From positions 124,001-188,000 of the forward strand of contig JAXLQJ010000004.1 in the NCBI GenBank assembly GCA_046331705.1: DNA of 64,000 nt, written 5' to 3'. This DNA is from a bacterium (GTDB lineage Bacteria; JADJOY01). This document shows positions 9,371 through 17,925 of the stretch, one piece after another. The notes beneath the pieces were generated by a model that did not search any database, was not told the DNA's origin, and worked only from the letters and a program-made list of their open reading frames with translations. The translations under genes and the position numbers were made by a program. Position 1 is the first letter of the stretch, and the number at the start of each line of letters is the position of its first letter.

Positions 9371-10744
9371 TCAGACGCGCCGGCCGGCGAGGGCGTGCGC
9401 CCCCGCTCGCTCGACCCGTACCCGCACCATGCGCCCGCGCAGCGCGTCGATCGCGCCCGGGAAATGCACCGGGTGCAGCGACCCGCTGCGGCCTTCCACC
9501 TCGTCGGCGCGCTTGGCGTTGGCGCGTTCGACCAGCACGTCGACGTCGGTGCCCACCCAGCGCTGATTTCGCTTCGCGCGCACCTCGGCTTGCAGCGCCA
9601 GCAAGCGCGCCAAGCGTTCGCTGCGGACGGCCTCCTCAGGCACGTCGTCGAGCTTGAGGGCGCGCGTGCCGGGTCGCGGCGAGTACGAGAAGCAAAACGC
9701 GTTGTCGAACGCCACCTCGCGCACGAGCGACAGCGTCTCGTCGAAATCCGACTCGGTCTCCCCGGGGAAACCGGCGATCAGATCGGTGGTGAGCGCCAGG
9801 TCGGGGCGCGCCTCGCGCAGCCGCGCCACGAGCTCGACGTACTCGCGCCGCGTGTGACCGCGACGCATGCGCGCGAGCACGCGATCGGAGCCCGACTGGA
9901 CCGGCAAGTGGAAATGCCCCGCCAGCCGCTCGAGATCGCGGAACGCCTCGATCAGGCTGGCGCCCACCTCGGCGGGATGCGAGGTGAGAAAGCGGATGCG
10001 CTCGATGCCCGCGACGGCGTGCACGCGTCGCAGCAGCTCGCCCAGATCCGGCTCGCTCGGGTCCTTGCGCCCGTACGACGTGATGTTCTGGCCGATCAGC
10101 GTGACTTCCTTCACACCGCGACCCGCGAGCCGCTCGACCTCGTCGAGCACCGAGGCCGCCGGCCGCGAGATCTCGCGTCCCTGCGTGAAGGGCACGATGC
10201 AAAACGTGCAGAACCGGTCGCAGCCGCGCTGCACGGCGACGAACGCGCGCACGCCGCTCTCGTCCGGCGCCTCGTGATCGCCAAGCACGTCCTGCCAGCG
10301 CCGCTCGAAGCTCAGCGCCGTCGGTCGCGCTCCGCGCTCTCGGGATGCGCGCTCGATGAGCTCGGGCACCGCCGCGAGGTGATGGGTCCCGAACACGAGA
10401 TCGACGTATGGGGCACGCCGGAAGATCCCCTCGCCCACCTGTTGTGCCACGCAACCGCCCACGCCGATCACGACTTCCGGTCGCTCCTCCTTGAGCTCGC
10501 GGAAGCGGCCGAGCGTCGAATACACCTTCTGCTCGGCGTGATCACGGACGCTGCACGTGTTGAGCAGCAGCACGTCGGCATCGCGCGGCGTGGCGGCGCG
10601 TTCGTAGCCGTGCTGCGAGAGATGGTGAACGAGCGCATGCGAGTCGCGCTCGTTCATCTGGCAGCCATAGGTCTCCACGTACACCCGCGGACGCGGGCGC
10701 ACGGCGAGCCATTCCGGCACGCTCGAATCGAGTTGCGAGGACAT
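9371..10744 (-). CDS. miaB: tRNA-2-methylthio-N6-dimethylallyladenosine synthase MiaB
   Basis: TYGCQMNERDS, NTCSVR, GCDRFCTFCIVP, YSPRPGT, C-terminal TRAM domain. Confidence 0.95.
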   Translation of the reverse strand: MSSQLDSSVPEWLAVRPRPRVYVETYGCQMNERDSHALVHHLSQHGYERAATPRDADVLLLNTCSVRDHAEQKVYSTLGRFRELKEERPEVVIGVGGCVAQQVGEGIFRRAPYVDLVFGTHHLAAVPELIERASRERGARPTALSFERRWQDVLGDHEAPDESGVRAFVAVQRGCDRFCTFCIVPFTQGREISRPAASVLDEVERLAGRGVKEVTLIGQNITSYGRKDPSEPDLGELLRRVHAVAGIERIRFLTSHPAEVGASLIEAFRDLERLAGHFHLPVQSGSDRVLARMRRGHTRREYVELVARLREARPDLALTTDLIAGFPGETESDFDETLSLVREVAFDNAFCFSYSPRPGTRALKLDDVPEEAVRSERLARLLALQAEVRAKRNQRWVGTDVDVLVERANAKRADEVEGRSGSLHPVHFPGAIDALRGRMVRVRVERAGAHALAGRRV

Positions 10745-11084
10745 CGCCGGGAACCTAGCCCTCGGGTCCGGGGCGGTCAAGAATTCCGCCGCCCTCGCTG
10801 CGCCAGCGCCGAGCGGGCGTGAGCATGCGAGAACGCACGCCGCTCCCCTCTCGGACTCCGCGAGCGCGGTCGATCCGTCCGCGAGCCAGCGGCGAGCCGA
10901 CGAGCGAAGCGAGGCGACTCAGGGGTGGGGCCCCGTTCGGATTCACTCCGAACGGCGCGGGGGCTGGAACAACCCGACGTGGTTCCCCGACGGCATGCTC
11001 CGCGCCCCGGTCTCCACGCTCGCCATCCATCTCTCCGCGAGCCGGGGCGAGCGACACGGCGAGGCGACCGGCTTTCCACGCTTC

Positions 11085-12306
11085 GTCAAGGTCGTCTTTT
11101 GGCTTCGGTGTCCAAGCTTTCCGGCGAGTTGGTCGAGGTCGTGCCGTCGCGGAGCACGGATCAAGACGTCGAGCAGCCGATCGGCGATGCCGCGCAGGGC
11201 GCGTTCGTGCTCGTGGCCGGCCGCGGCTGCGTAGTGCATGCGGCCTCGCTCATCGTTGTTGATGTAATGGCGACCAGTGCGGACCGCGTCGCGAAGCCGG
11301 CGTTGCACGCGCGTCGCATGAGGATGCGACCCTTCGCTTGCCGGTCTTTCTCGGACGGTGCTGCGCCGCAGGTGCGCAAGGTGCCGACGTCGCGCTCCTC
11401 AATGGACCGCGGCTCGTGCGTCGCCGTCACGATGCGCCCGGCGCCGGGAAACGACTGGACGATCGCGACGTCAGACGGAGAGGGCAGCGGTCGCCGGACG
11501 GCTCGCCCGTTCGCCGGCGGAGGCGAGCCGCCGCAGCGTCGTCGGGCGCTCCGCCCGATGGCTCGTCCAGGTCGTCCACACCTGATCGATTGATGGCGAC
11601 ACTCGCGCAGTTGCTGCTCAACGAGCTGTAACCGCGGCAGCATCCGACGTGCGAGCTCGCCCTCGACCGCACCGGTGCAACGGTCAGCGCCGGCTCTCGC
11701 AGCCGAGCTACGACCTGATCGGCGGCGATCCGACGGATCCGACGCGCTTTCATCACGGCCACCGTTCGGCGCAGCCGCTGCGCGTCCGCGGCTTCGGTGC
11801 ACGCGCCAGCAGGTCCCAGATCAGGGCCGTCGACCGCCGAGCTGAGCTTCAAGACCTGCGGGTAGTAGCGATGCAGCTGCTCCCAGAGCTGATTGCTGAG
11901 CCGACCGAGCTCGTCGGACGTCGTGAGCGGGTCCCCCGCAGCGCCGTTCGGGTCCAGCTGGACCCGAGCGACAGCGACTCGTCGTGCGCAACCCATCTGC
12001 ACCGACGAATGCATCAAGCGTCGTCCTTCGCGCCACCGACCGAGGACGATCCGAAAACGGTCGATCTGCTTCGGTTGATCGCGAAGACGCGAGCCGTGTG
12101 CCAGCAGCGTCTCCGATCGCGCCGCGTGCTCGATCGCCACCGCCACCTGGTCGAGATGACCGCCGGTGGCCGCGGTCAACCTCGACAATCTCGCGAGTCC
12201 CTTGGCGAGTGCTCGACCCGGACCTCGGCGACACGGCGCCGACTAGCGTCGATGACGCACACCGATGATGCTCGCTACCCCAGTCGATCCCGCCCACCAC
12301 GACCAT
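11085..12306 (-). pseudogene. IS110-family (DEDD/RuvC-like) recombinase, multiply frameshifted
   Basis: Fragments in alternating frames: MVVVGGIDWGSEHH, VAVAIE, KQIDRFR, KDD..DA, NQLWEQLHRYYPQ, FPGAG, MRRACN, ALRGIADRLLDVL; GGAGGAGG RBS upstream. Confidence 0.85.
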
Positions 12307-12329
12307 CCCCCGGTGCTCCGCCTCCTCCG

Positions 12330-12509
12330 TTGGAGGGTTCACCGCGACCCTGCCTGGCCGTCGCCCCTGTCGGGCTCGAAGCGCGACTTTCCACTGGACG
12401 TGAAACCACGGGCCTCCGGCTGGGGCACACGTCCCGAGTAGGCCGAGGCGCGGGGTGGGCCAGCGCTCCCAGCCAGGCGGACCGGGTAAACCTTGTTGAG
12501 GACAAGCGT
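12330..12509 (-). ncRNA. Putative IS110 bridge RNA (5' hairpin, target-binding loop, donor-binding loop)
   Basis: Minus strand: GCCCACCCC (12452-12460) and ACUCGGG (12433-12439) match the two halves of the repeat target; UGGAAAGUC (12385-12393) matches the element junction; loops closed by stems CUGGCUGGG/CCCAGCCGG and CC-UGG..CGUC/GACG-GCCAGG. Confidence 0.7.
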
Positions 12510-12876
12510 GGTGGGGCCCCGTTCGGATTCTCCGAACGGCGCGGGGTGGAACAGCCCGACGTGTTCCCGACGGCATGCTCCGCGCGGTCTCCACGCTCGC
12601 CATCCATCTCTCCGCGAGCCGGGCAGGCGAGCCGACGAGCGAAGCGAGGCGACTCGGGGGTGGGGCCCCGTTCGGTTCACTCCGAACGGGGCGGGGAGCT
12701 GGAACAGCCCGACGTGGTTCCCCGACGGCATGCTCCGCGCCCCGGTCTCCACGCTCGCCATCCATCTCTCCGCGAGCCGGCAGGCGAGCCGACGAGCGAA
12801 GCGAGGCGACTCGGGGGTGGGGCCCCGTTCGGATTCACTCCGAACGGGGCGGGGGGCTGGAACAGCCCCCCGCAAA

Positions 12877-13902
12877 TCAATTGATCAGCACCCGCTGATA
12901 CTCACGCAGCGACTCGAGCACCTCGCCGGCACCGTAGACGACCGCCTTGAGCGGGTCCTTGGCGCGGAAGATGCGCAGGTCGGTCTCCTGGTGCAGTCGC
13001 GGGCCGAGGCCGCGAATCATCGAGCCGCCGCCGGCGAGCACGATGCCCTGGTCGAGGATGTCGCTCGCCAGCTCGGGCGGCGTCTGATCGAGGGCGTTGC
13101 GGATCGATTTCACGATGTGCTCGATCGGCTCGCGCAACGCCTCGCGGACCATCTCGTCGGTGAGCGTCACGGTGGCCGGAACGCCGCGCACCAGGTCGCG
13201 TCCGCGCACCGTGATCTCCTCGGGCTCCTTGAGCGCCACGGCGGAGCCGATCTCGAGCTTCACCCGCTCGCTCTCGTAGAGCCCGATCAGCACCTGAAAG
13301 CGTTCGCGCACGTAAGCCTGGATCGCTTCGTCCATCTCGTCGCCAGCCACGCGCATCGAGGTGCTGTAGGCGGTCGCGAGCATGCTGATGACCGCGATCT
13401 CGGTGGTCCCGCCGCCGATGTCGACGATCATGTTTCCCTTCGCCTCGTGCACCGGCAGCTTGGCGCCCAGCGCCGCGGCCATCGGCTCTTCCATCAGGTG
13501 GACCTTCTTGGCGCCCGCCTGCAGCGCCGCATCGACCACCGCCTTCTTCTCGACCTGGGTGATGCCGGACGGCACCGCGACCAGCATGATGGGCTTGAAG
13601 AGCGGGCTGCGCTTCACCGCCATGCTCAGGAAGTGGCGGATCATCTGATTCGCGATGTCGAAGTCGGCGATCACGCCGTCCTTGAGCGGCCGGATCGCGC
13701 GGAGCCGCTCCGGGGTGCGCCCGTACATCGCCTTCGCCTCGCGGCCGATGGCCAGGATGCCCTGACCGTTCTGCGGCACCACCACCACGCTCGGCTCGTC
13801 GAGCACCACGCCCTTGCCACGCACCCAGATCAGGGTGTTCGCGGTGCCCAGATCGATGGCGACGTCGCCCGATCCCAGCCAGTCGTTGATCCGGCGGATC
13901 AT
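12877..13902 (-). CDS. mreB: MreB/Mbl-family actin homologue (no mreCD adjacent)
   Basis: IDLGTANT, RPLKDGVIADF, EEPMAAALGA, DIGGGTTE, VLAGGG motifs. Confidence 0.9.
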   Translation of the reverse strand: MIRRINDWLGSGDVAIDLGTANTLIWVRGKGVVLDEPSVVVVPQNGQGILAIGREAKAMYGRTPERLRAIRPLKDGVIADFDIANQMIRHFLSMAVKRSPLFKPIMLVAVPSGITQVEKKAVVDAALQAGAKKVHLMEEPMAAALGAKLPVHEAKGNMIVDIGGGTTEIAVISMLATAYSTSMRVAGDEMDEAIQAYVRERFQVLIGLYESERVKLEIGSAVALKEPEEITVRGRDLVRGVPATVTLTDEMVREALREPIEHIVKSIRNALDQTPPELASDILDQGIVLAGGGSMIRGLGPRLHQETDLRIFRAKDPLKAVVYGAGEVLESLREYQRVLIN

Positions 13903-13933
13903 CCCCACACGCTCCCCTGTCTCGCCGTCGAGT

Positions 13934-15355
13934 TCATGCCTGCGCCGCCAGCGCGCGTTCGCGCGCGTGCTCCAGACGATCGAGCGCCCGCCGCAGCAGG
14001 CCCTCGGGATCGCGCGCATCGACCTCGGAGCGCGCCGATACCACCCGCACTGGAAGCGTGCTGGTCGTGTCGCCCACCTCGAACACCTTGTCCGCCAGCG
14101 CGCGCTCCACGAGCTGGCGGGTCCGATCCTCGGCGCGGCTCGATTCCACCTGACACGCCACCGCCCACGTGCCCGAGCCGATCTGCGTGATCCAGGGCGC
14201 GGGGACCAGCACCCGCGCGATCACACCCAACGCCTCGTCGATCATCCGATCCACCGCCGCATGGCCGTGCTGGCGGTTGCGCCGTGTGAGTCCCTCGGGG
14301 TCCACCACCAGGATCTCGACCGGATCGCGCTGCTTGAGCCACCGCGAGACTTCGTCGAGGAAGCGACCGTAGCGCACCACCGCCTCGGGCGCCCCCCCCA
14401 CTCTCGCCACCAGCCGCGAGCGGCTCTCGGCGTTGGCGAGCGCCAGCGCCGAGGCGTCGGCAACCACGCCGAGCACGTCCGTCATCTGGCGCGGATAGGC
14501 GACCGGCTCGGTGCTGGTGAACGCCAGCACGCCGAGCGAGCGACCCGCCGCGCGCAGCGGCACGCCCAGGAACGACTGCATCGGGATCCGCGGCTCGCCG
14601 GGATACGCCAACACGGTGCGCTTGGGCCGCTCGTCGAGCCCCGAGAGATAGATCATGGTTCCCTTGCGATCCACCCAGCCGATCAGGCTCGTGCTCGGTG
14701 CGATCTCGGCGCCGAGCAAGCGCAGATGCTCGGGGCCGTGCGCGCGCGCCACCCACAGCGGGCCGCCGGCGCGTTCGGAAACCGCGACCAGGAGCCCGGT
14801 CCGCGGCACGATCGTCGTGGGCATCGTGGCGATCCGATCGAGCACCAGCTCGGGGTCCTCGAGCCCGGCGATGTCGCGACACAGCTCGCGCGCCGCCTCC
14901 AAGCTGGGCGAGCCGCCCAGCATCTGCCGGATCTGGCGCTGCCGCTCGAGTCGGCGAGCGATCTCCTCGGCGAAGCCCACCAGGATGGAATCGGTGCGCG
15001 GCGAGAACTGGTACGTCCGCTTCGAATCGACCGCCAGCACGCCCACCCCCGACCCGAGACGCACCGGCACGCCCAGGAACGCCTTGAGGTCCTCGGGAGC
15101 ACCGTAGAGCAGGAGTGAGCGGGCGTCATAGCGGAACTTGGCGACGTGGATCGGGCGATCGTTCTCCGCCACCAAGCCGATCAAGCCCTGGCCGGGGCTC
15201 ACTACGCAGTTCTCGACGACGTGCTCGCTCAGGCTGGCGTGGCTCGCGAGCTTCAGGAGCCCGTCCTCTTCCGGCAGGAAGAGCGCTGCGGTGAATGCGT
15301 CCGTGACGTTCCAGACGAGTCGAACGAGCCCGTCGAGGTCCGGCGCGAGATCCAT
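13934..15355 (-). CDS. Tandem GAF-domain protein with degenerate GGDEF-like C-terminus
   Basis: Two GAF-like repeats (GQGLIGLV..FLGVPV..GVLAVDS; SLIGWV..FLGVPL..LGVLAF); C-terminus NRQHGHAAVDRMI..QIGSGTWAV..PEGLLRRALDRL. Confidence 0.7.
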   Translation of the reverse strand: MDLAPDLDGLVRLVWNVTDAFTAALFLPEEDGLLKLASHASLSEHVVENCVVSPGQGLIGLVAENDRPIHVAKFRYDARSLLLYGAPEDLKAFLGVPVRLGSGVGVLAVDSKRTYQFSPRTDSILVGFAEEIARRLERQRQIRQMLGGSPSLEAARELCRDIAGLEDPELVLDRIATMPTTIVPRTGLLVAVSERAGGPLWVARAHGPEHLRLLGAEIAPSTSLIGWVDRKGTMIYLSGLDERPKRTVLAYPGEPRIPMQSFLGVPLRAAGRSLGVLAFTSTEPVAYPRQMTDVLGVVADASALALANAESRSRLVARVGGAPEAVVRYGRFLDEVSRWLKQRDPVEILVVDPEGLTRRNRQHGHAAVDRMIDEALGVIARVLVPAPWITQIGSGTWAVACQVESSRAEDRTRQLVERALADKVFEVGDTTSTLPVRVVSARSEVDARDPEGLLRRALDRLEHARERALAAQA

Positions 15356-15429
15356 GAGCGCGGCCACGGGGGTAGCATGCGTGTGAGCGCAACGCAAGCA
15401 AACTCGCGCGCTCGCGCGCGAGGCGACGT

Positions 15430-16797
15430 TCAGGCAACCAGATCCTGCACCGCCTTCACCAGCTGGTTGAGGTTCCGCACCTCGCGGACCTGATCGCAGT
15501 AGGGCTGGTACTCGTTCATGACGCTGTCGCCGAAGCCCCAGGTGAGGCGGTTCTCGGGGTTGAGCCAGATCACCTGACGCGCCTTCTCCTGGATGGCCGC
15601 GAGCGCGCTCACCTTGGGGTCGTGGTAGTTGCTGCGCGCGTCGCCCAGGATGATGACGGTGGTGCGGTGGGTGATCTCGCGCAGATGGCGGGCCCGGAAG
15701 GTGTCGAACACGTGCCCGAAATCGGAGTTGTTGTAGTAGTCGATCTGATCCGAGGTGAGGATCTTGCCGATCGCCTCGCGGATGTCGCACTCGCTGAACC
15801 AGTCGGTGACCTCGGTCAGCTCGCGCACGTACGCGAAGCTGCGCACCCGGGCGAAGAGGTCCTGGATCGAGTACATGAACTGCAGCATGAAGTGCGCGAT
15901 GTAGCGAACCGAGCCCGAGACATCGCAGAGGTTCACGATCTCGGGCCGCTCCACCCGCCGGCGGCGGAACACCAGCTCGATGGGGACGCCGCCGTACTGG
16001 AGATTGCGGCGAAACGTGCGCTGCGCGTCCAGGCTGCCGCGACGCGCCCGGCGCCGGCGCATCGAGAGCACCGTGCGCAGCCGCCGCGCCAGCTCCGAGA
16101 CCACCTCGTTCATGTCGCGGATCTCGCGCTCGGAGAGGCTGAAGAAGCTGCGCTCCGCCAGGTCCTCCCGTCCCGCTTGCGGCCGCGCCACGGTGTTTTG
16201 CTCGAGGCGCCGCTCCACGTGCTCGCGGGCCACGTCGCGGACACCACGCCGGAACGACTCGAGCAGCTGCTCCAGCCCTTCCACGTCCTCGGGCGAGAAG
16301 CCCGCGCGGGCCAGGGCGCTGCCCAAGCCGCGCAGCGCCGGGTCCGACGGATCGAGCCCCATGCGCTCGAGCAAGCGCCGCGTGAAGTAGCCCACCTGCA
16401 GCCGGTTGCCGATGCGATCGAGCGCCACTTCCTCGCCGAGCCCGCGCAGCCGCATCTCCAGGTTCGCGGGGTCGGCGAGATCCGAGATGCGGTCGACGAG
16501 CTCGCCCAGCCCGTCCACGTCACGAAGGCCGCTCAGCCGCTCGGCGAGCGCCCGGCGATCTTCGGTCCACGCCGTCGCGGACGCGGGCGAGAAGAAGAGA
16601 TCGAAGAGCCGGTCGAAGGTCGGCTGATCGCCGCGGTTCTTGATCACCAGCGCGCGCAGCGAGGTCCGCACGGCCTCGCGATCGGCGAGGTCGCCGAGCA
16701 GCGCCAGACCGCCGATGGCGTCCAGGCTCTCGGAGGTCGACACCCGCACCCCGGCGCGCCTGAGCGAGCCGATGAACTCGACCAAGCGGGCTTCCAT
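15430..16797 (-). CDS. VWA-domain protein, CoxE-like
   Basis: LRRAGVRVS, CDVSGS MIDAS, ILGDARSNY, WLNPE..WGFGDS motifs. Confidence 0.9.
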   Translation of the reverse strand: MEARLVEFIGSLRRAGVRVSTSESLDAIGGLALLGDLADREAVRTSLRALVIKNRGDQPTFDRLFDLFFSPASATAWTEDRRALAERLSGLRDVDGLGELVDRISDLADPANLEMRLRGLGEEVALDRIGNRLQVGYFTRRLLERMGLDPSDPALRGLGSALARAGFSPEDVEGLEQLLESFRRGVRDVAREHVERRLEQNTVARPQAGREDLAERSFFSLSEREIRDMNEVVSELARRLRTVLSMRRRRARRGSLDAQRTFRRNLQYGGVPIELVFRRRRVERPEIVNLCDVSGSVRYIAHFMLQFMYSIQDLFARVRSFAYVRELTEVTDWFSECDIREAIGKILTSDQIDYYNNSDFGHVFDTFRARHLREITHRTTVIILGDARSNYHDPKVSALAAIQEKARQVIWLNPENRLTWGFGDSVMNEYQPYCDQVREVRNLNQLVKAVQDLVA

Positions 16798-16849
16798 CAG
16801 GCACTCCGACCGTGGCAACGCGAGACGATCACGCGCGAGCCGCGCCGCG

Positions 16850-17785
16850 CTAGGGCGCGCTCTCGGCGGCGGACGGCAGCCGCGCCACCAATCGCGGAAT
16901 CTGGTCCTTCGCCTTCTTCACGTCGCCTTCGTGCTTGAGCACCAGGCCCAGCGTCTCGCGCACGATCGAGTCGTCGAGGACACCCACGTTGAGCAGCGCC
17001 AGCGCCCGCGCCCAGTCGAGCACCTCGCTCACGCTCGGCACCTTCTTGAGATCGATCTCGCGCAAGCCGTGGACGAAGCGCACCACCTGACGCGCGAGCG
17101 TGGGGCCCGCCTCGGGCACCTTCATGCGCACGATCTCGGCCTCCAGCGCCTCGTCCGGAAAGTCGAGATAGAGATGGATGCAGCGGCGCTTGAGGGCGTC
17201 GGATAGCTCGCGGGTGTTGTTGCTGGTGAGGATGACGAGCGGGCGCTCCTTGGCGCGGAAGGTGCCGATCTCGGGCACGCTCACCTGGAAGTCGCTCAGG
17301 AACTCGAGGAGGAACGCCTCGAACTCGGGATCGGCCTTGTCCACCTCGTCGATGAGCAGAACCGAGACGCCCTCCGAGCGGATCACCCGCAAGAGCGGCC
17401 GCGAGAGCAGGAAGCGTTCCGAGAAGAACACGTCCTCCTGCGTGGTGAGCCGCTCCACCGACTCCTGGAGGCCGCTCGCGCCCTCCAGCACCTCGCCGAT
17501 CTTGTCCTTCAAGATCTGCGTGTAGAGCAGCTGCTTCGCGTATTCCCACTCGTAGAGCGCCTTGGCCTCGTCGAGGCCCTCGTAGCACTGCAAGCGCGTC
17601 AGCTCGACACCCACGGCGCGCGCCAAGGTCTGCCCGAGGTCCGTCTTCCCCACTCCCGCCGGCCCCTCCACCAGGATCGGCCGGCGCAGCTTGGACGCCA
17701 GAAACAGCACCGTCGCGACGTTCCGCGAGCACAAGTACTGGTGCGCGCGGAACCGCGCCTCCACCTCGTCGATCGACTCGAACAT
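16850..17785 (-). CDS. MoxR-family AAA+ ATPase (CoxD-like)
   Basis: EGPAGVGKT Walker A, RLQCYEGLD, LLIDEVDK Walker B, TSNNTRELSDALKRRC. Confidence 0.92.
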   Translation of the reverse strand: MFESIDEVEARFRAHQYLCSRNVATVLFLASKLRRPILVEGPAGVGKTDLGQTLARAVGVELTRLQCYEGLDEAKALYEWEYAKQLLYTQILKDKIGEVLEGASGLQESVERLTTQEDVFFSERFLLSRPLLRVIRSEGVSVLLIDEVDKADPEFEAFLLEFLSDFQVSVPEIGTFRAKERPLVILTSNNTRELSDALKRRCIHLYLDFPDEALEAEIVRMKVPEAGPTLARQVVRFVHGLREIDLKKVPSVSEVLDWARALALLNVGVLDDSIVRETLGLVLKHEGDVKKAKDQIPRLVARLPSAAESAP

Positions 17786-17925
17786 GCCCGCTCTCTTCCC
17801 GCGCCCCGTTCCCGCGCGCGAGCGAGCGAGTCTAACAGGGCGTCGTTTCGGGGGGCTCGGTCTCGGGTCGCGCGGCTCGAGACCGCGGCGTGGGGCGGAT
17901 GGGCGCGGGAGCGCCAGGGGCGTGC

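Larger units (their letters stand above)
11070..12511 (-). mobile_element. IS110-family insertion sequence (~1.44 kb) inserted in repeat unit B
   Basis: Unit B sequence stops at gaggcgac (11068) and resumes as ggtggggcccc (12510); GG present at both junctions; short IR ccacgctt (11076-11083) / aagcgtgg (12504-12511); encodes IS110 transposase fragments. Confidence 0.85.
10878..12875. repeat. Tandem array of ~157-bp palindromic REP-like units: A 10891-11045, B 11046-11069 + 12510-12625 (split by IS), C 12626-12782, partial D 12783-12875
   Basis: Near-identical copies of ggcgagccgacgagcgaagcgaggcgactcgggggtggggccccgttcggattcactccgaacggggcggggg...cgccatccatctctccgcgagccgg; internal hairpin gccccgttcgga-ttcac-tccgaacggggc. 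Confidence 0.9.

Noticed and set aside
10878-12875. CRISPR array
   Set aside because: Units are ~157 bp with identical linkers, so there are no unique spacers, and no cas genes are present
10755-12898. Many overlapping ORFs with repeated peptides (MDGERGDRGAEH..., MLRAPVSTLAIH...)
   Set aside because: They are translations of the DNA repeat or out-of-frame pieces of the IS110 gene
15430-17785. CO dehydrogenase (cox) cluster
   Set aside because: Only coxD/coxE-like accessory genes are present; no coxLMS in the window
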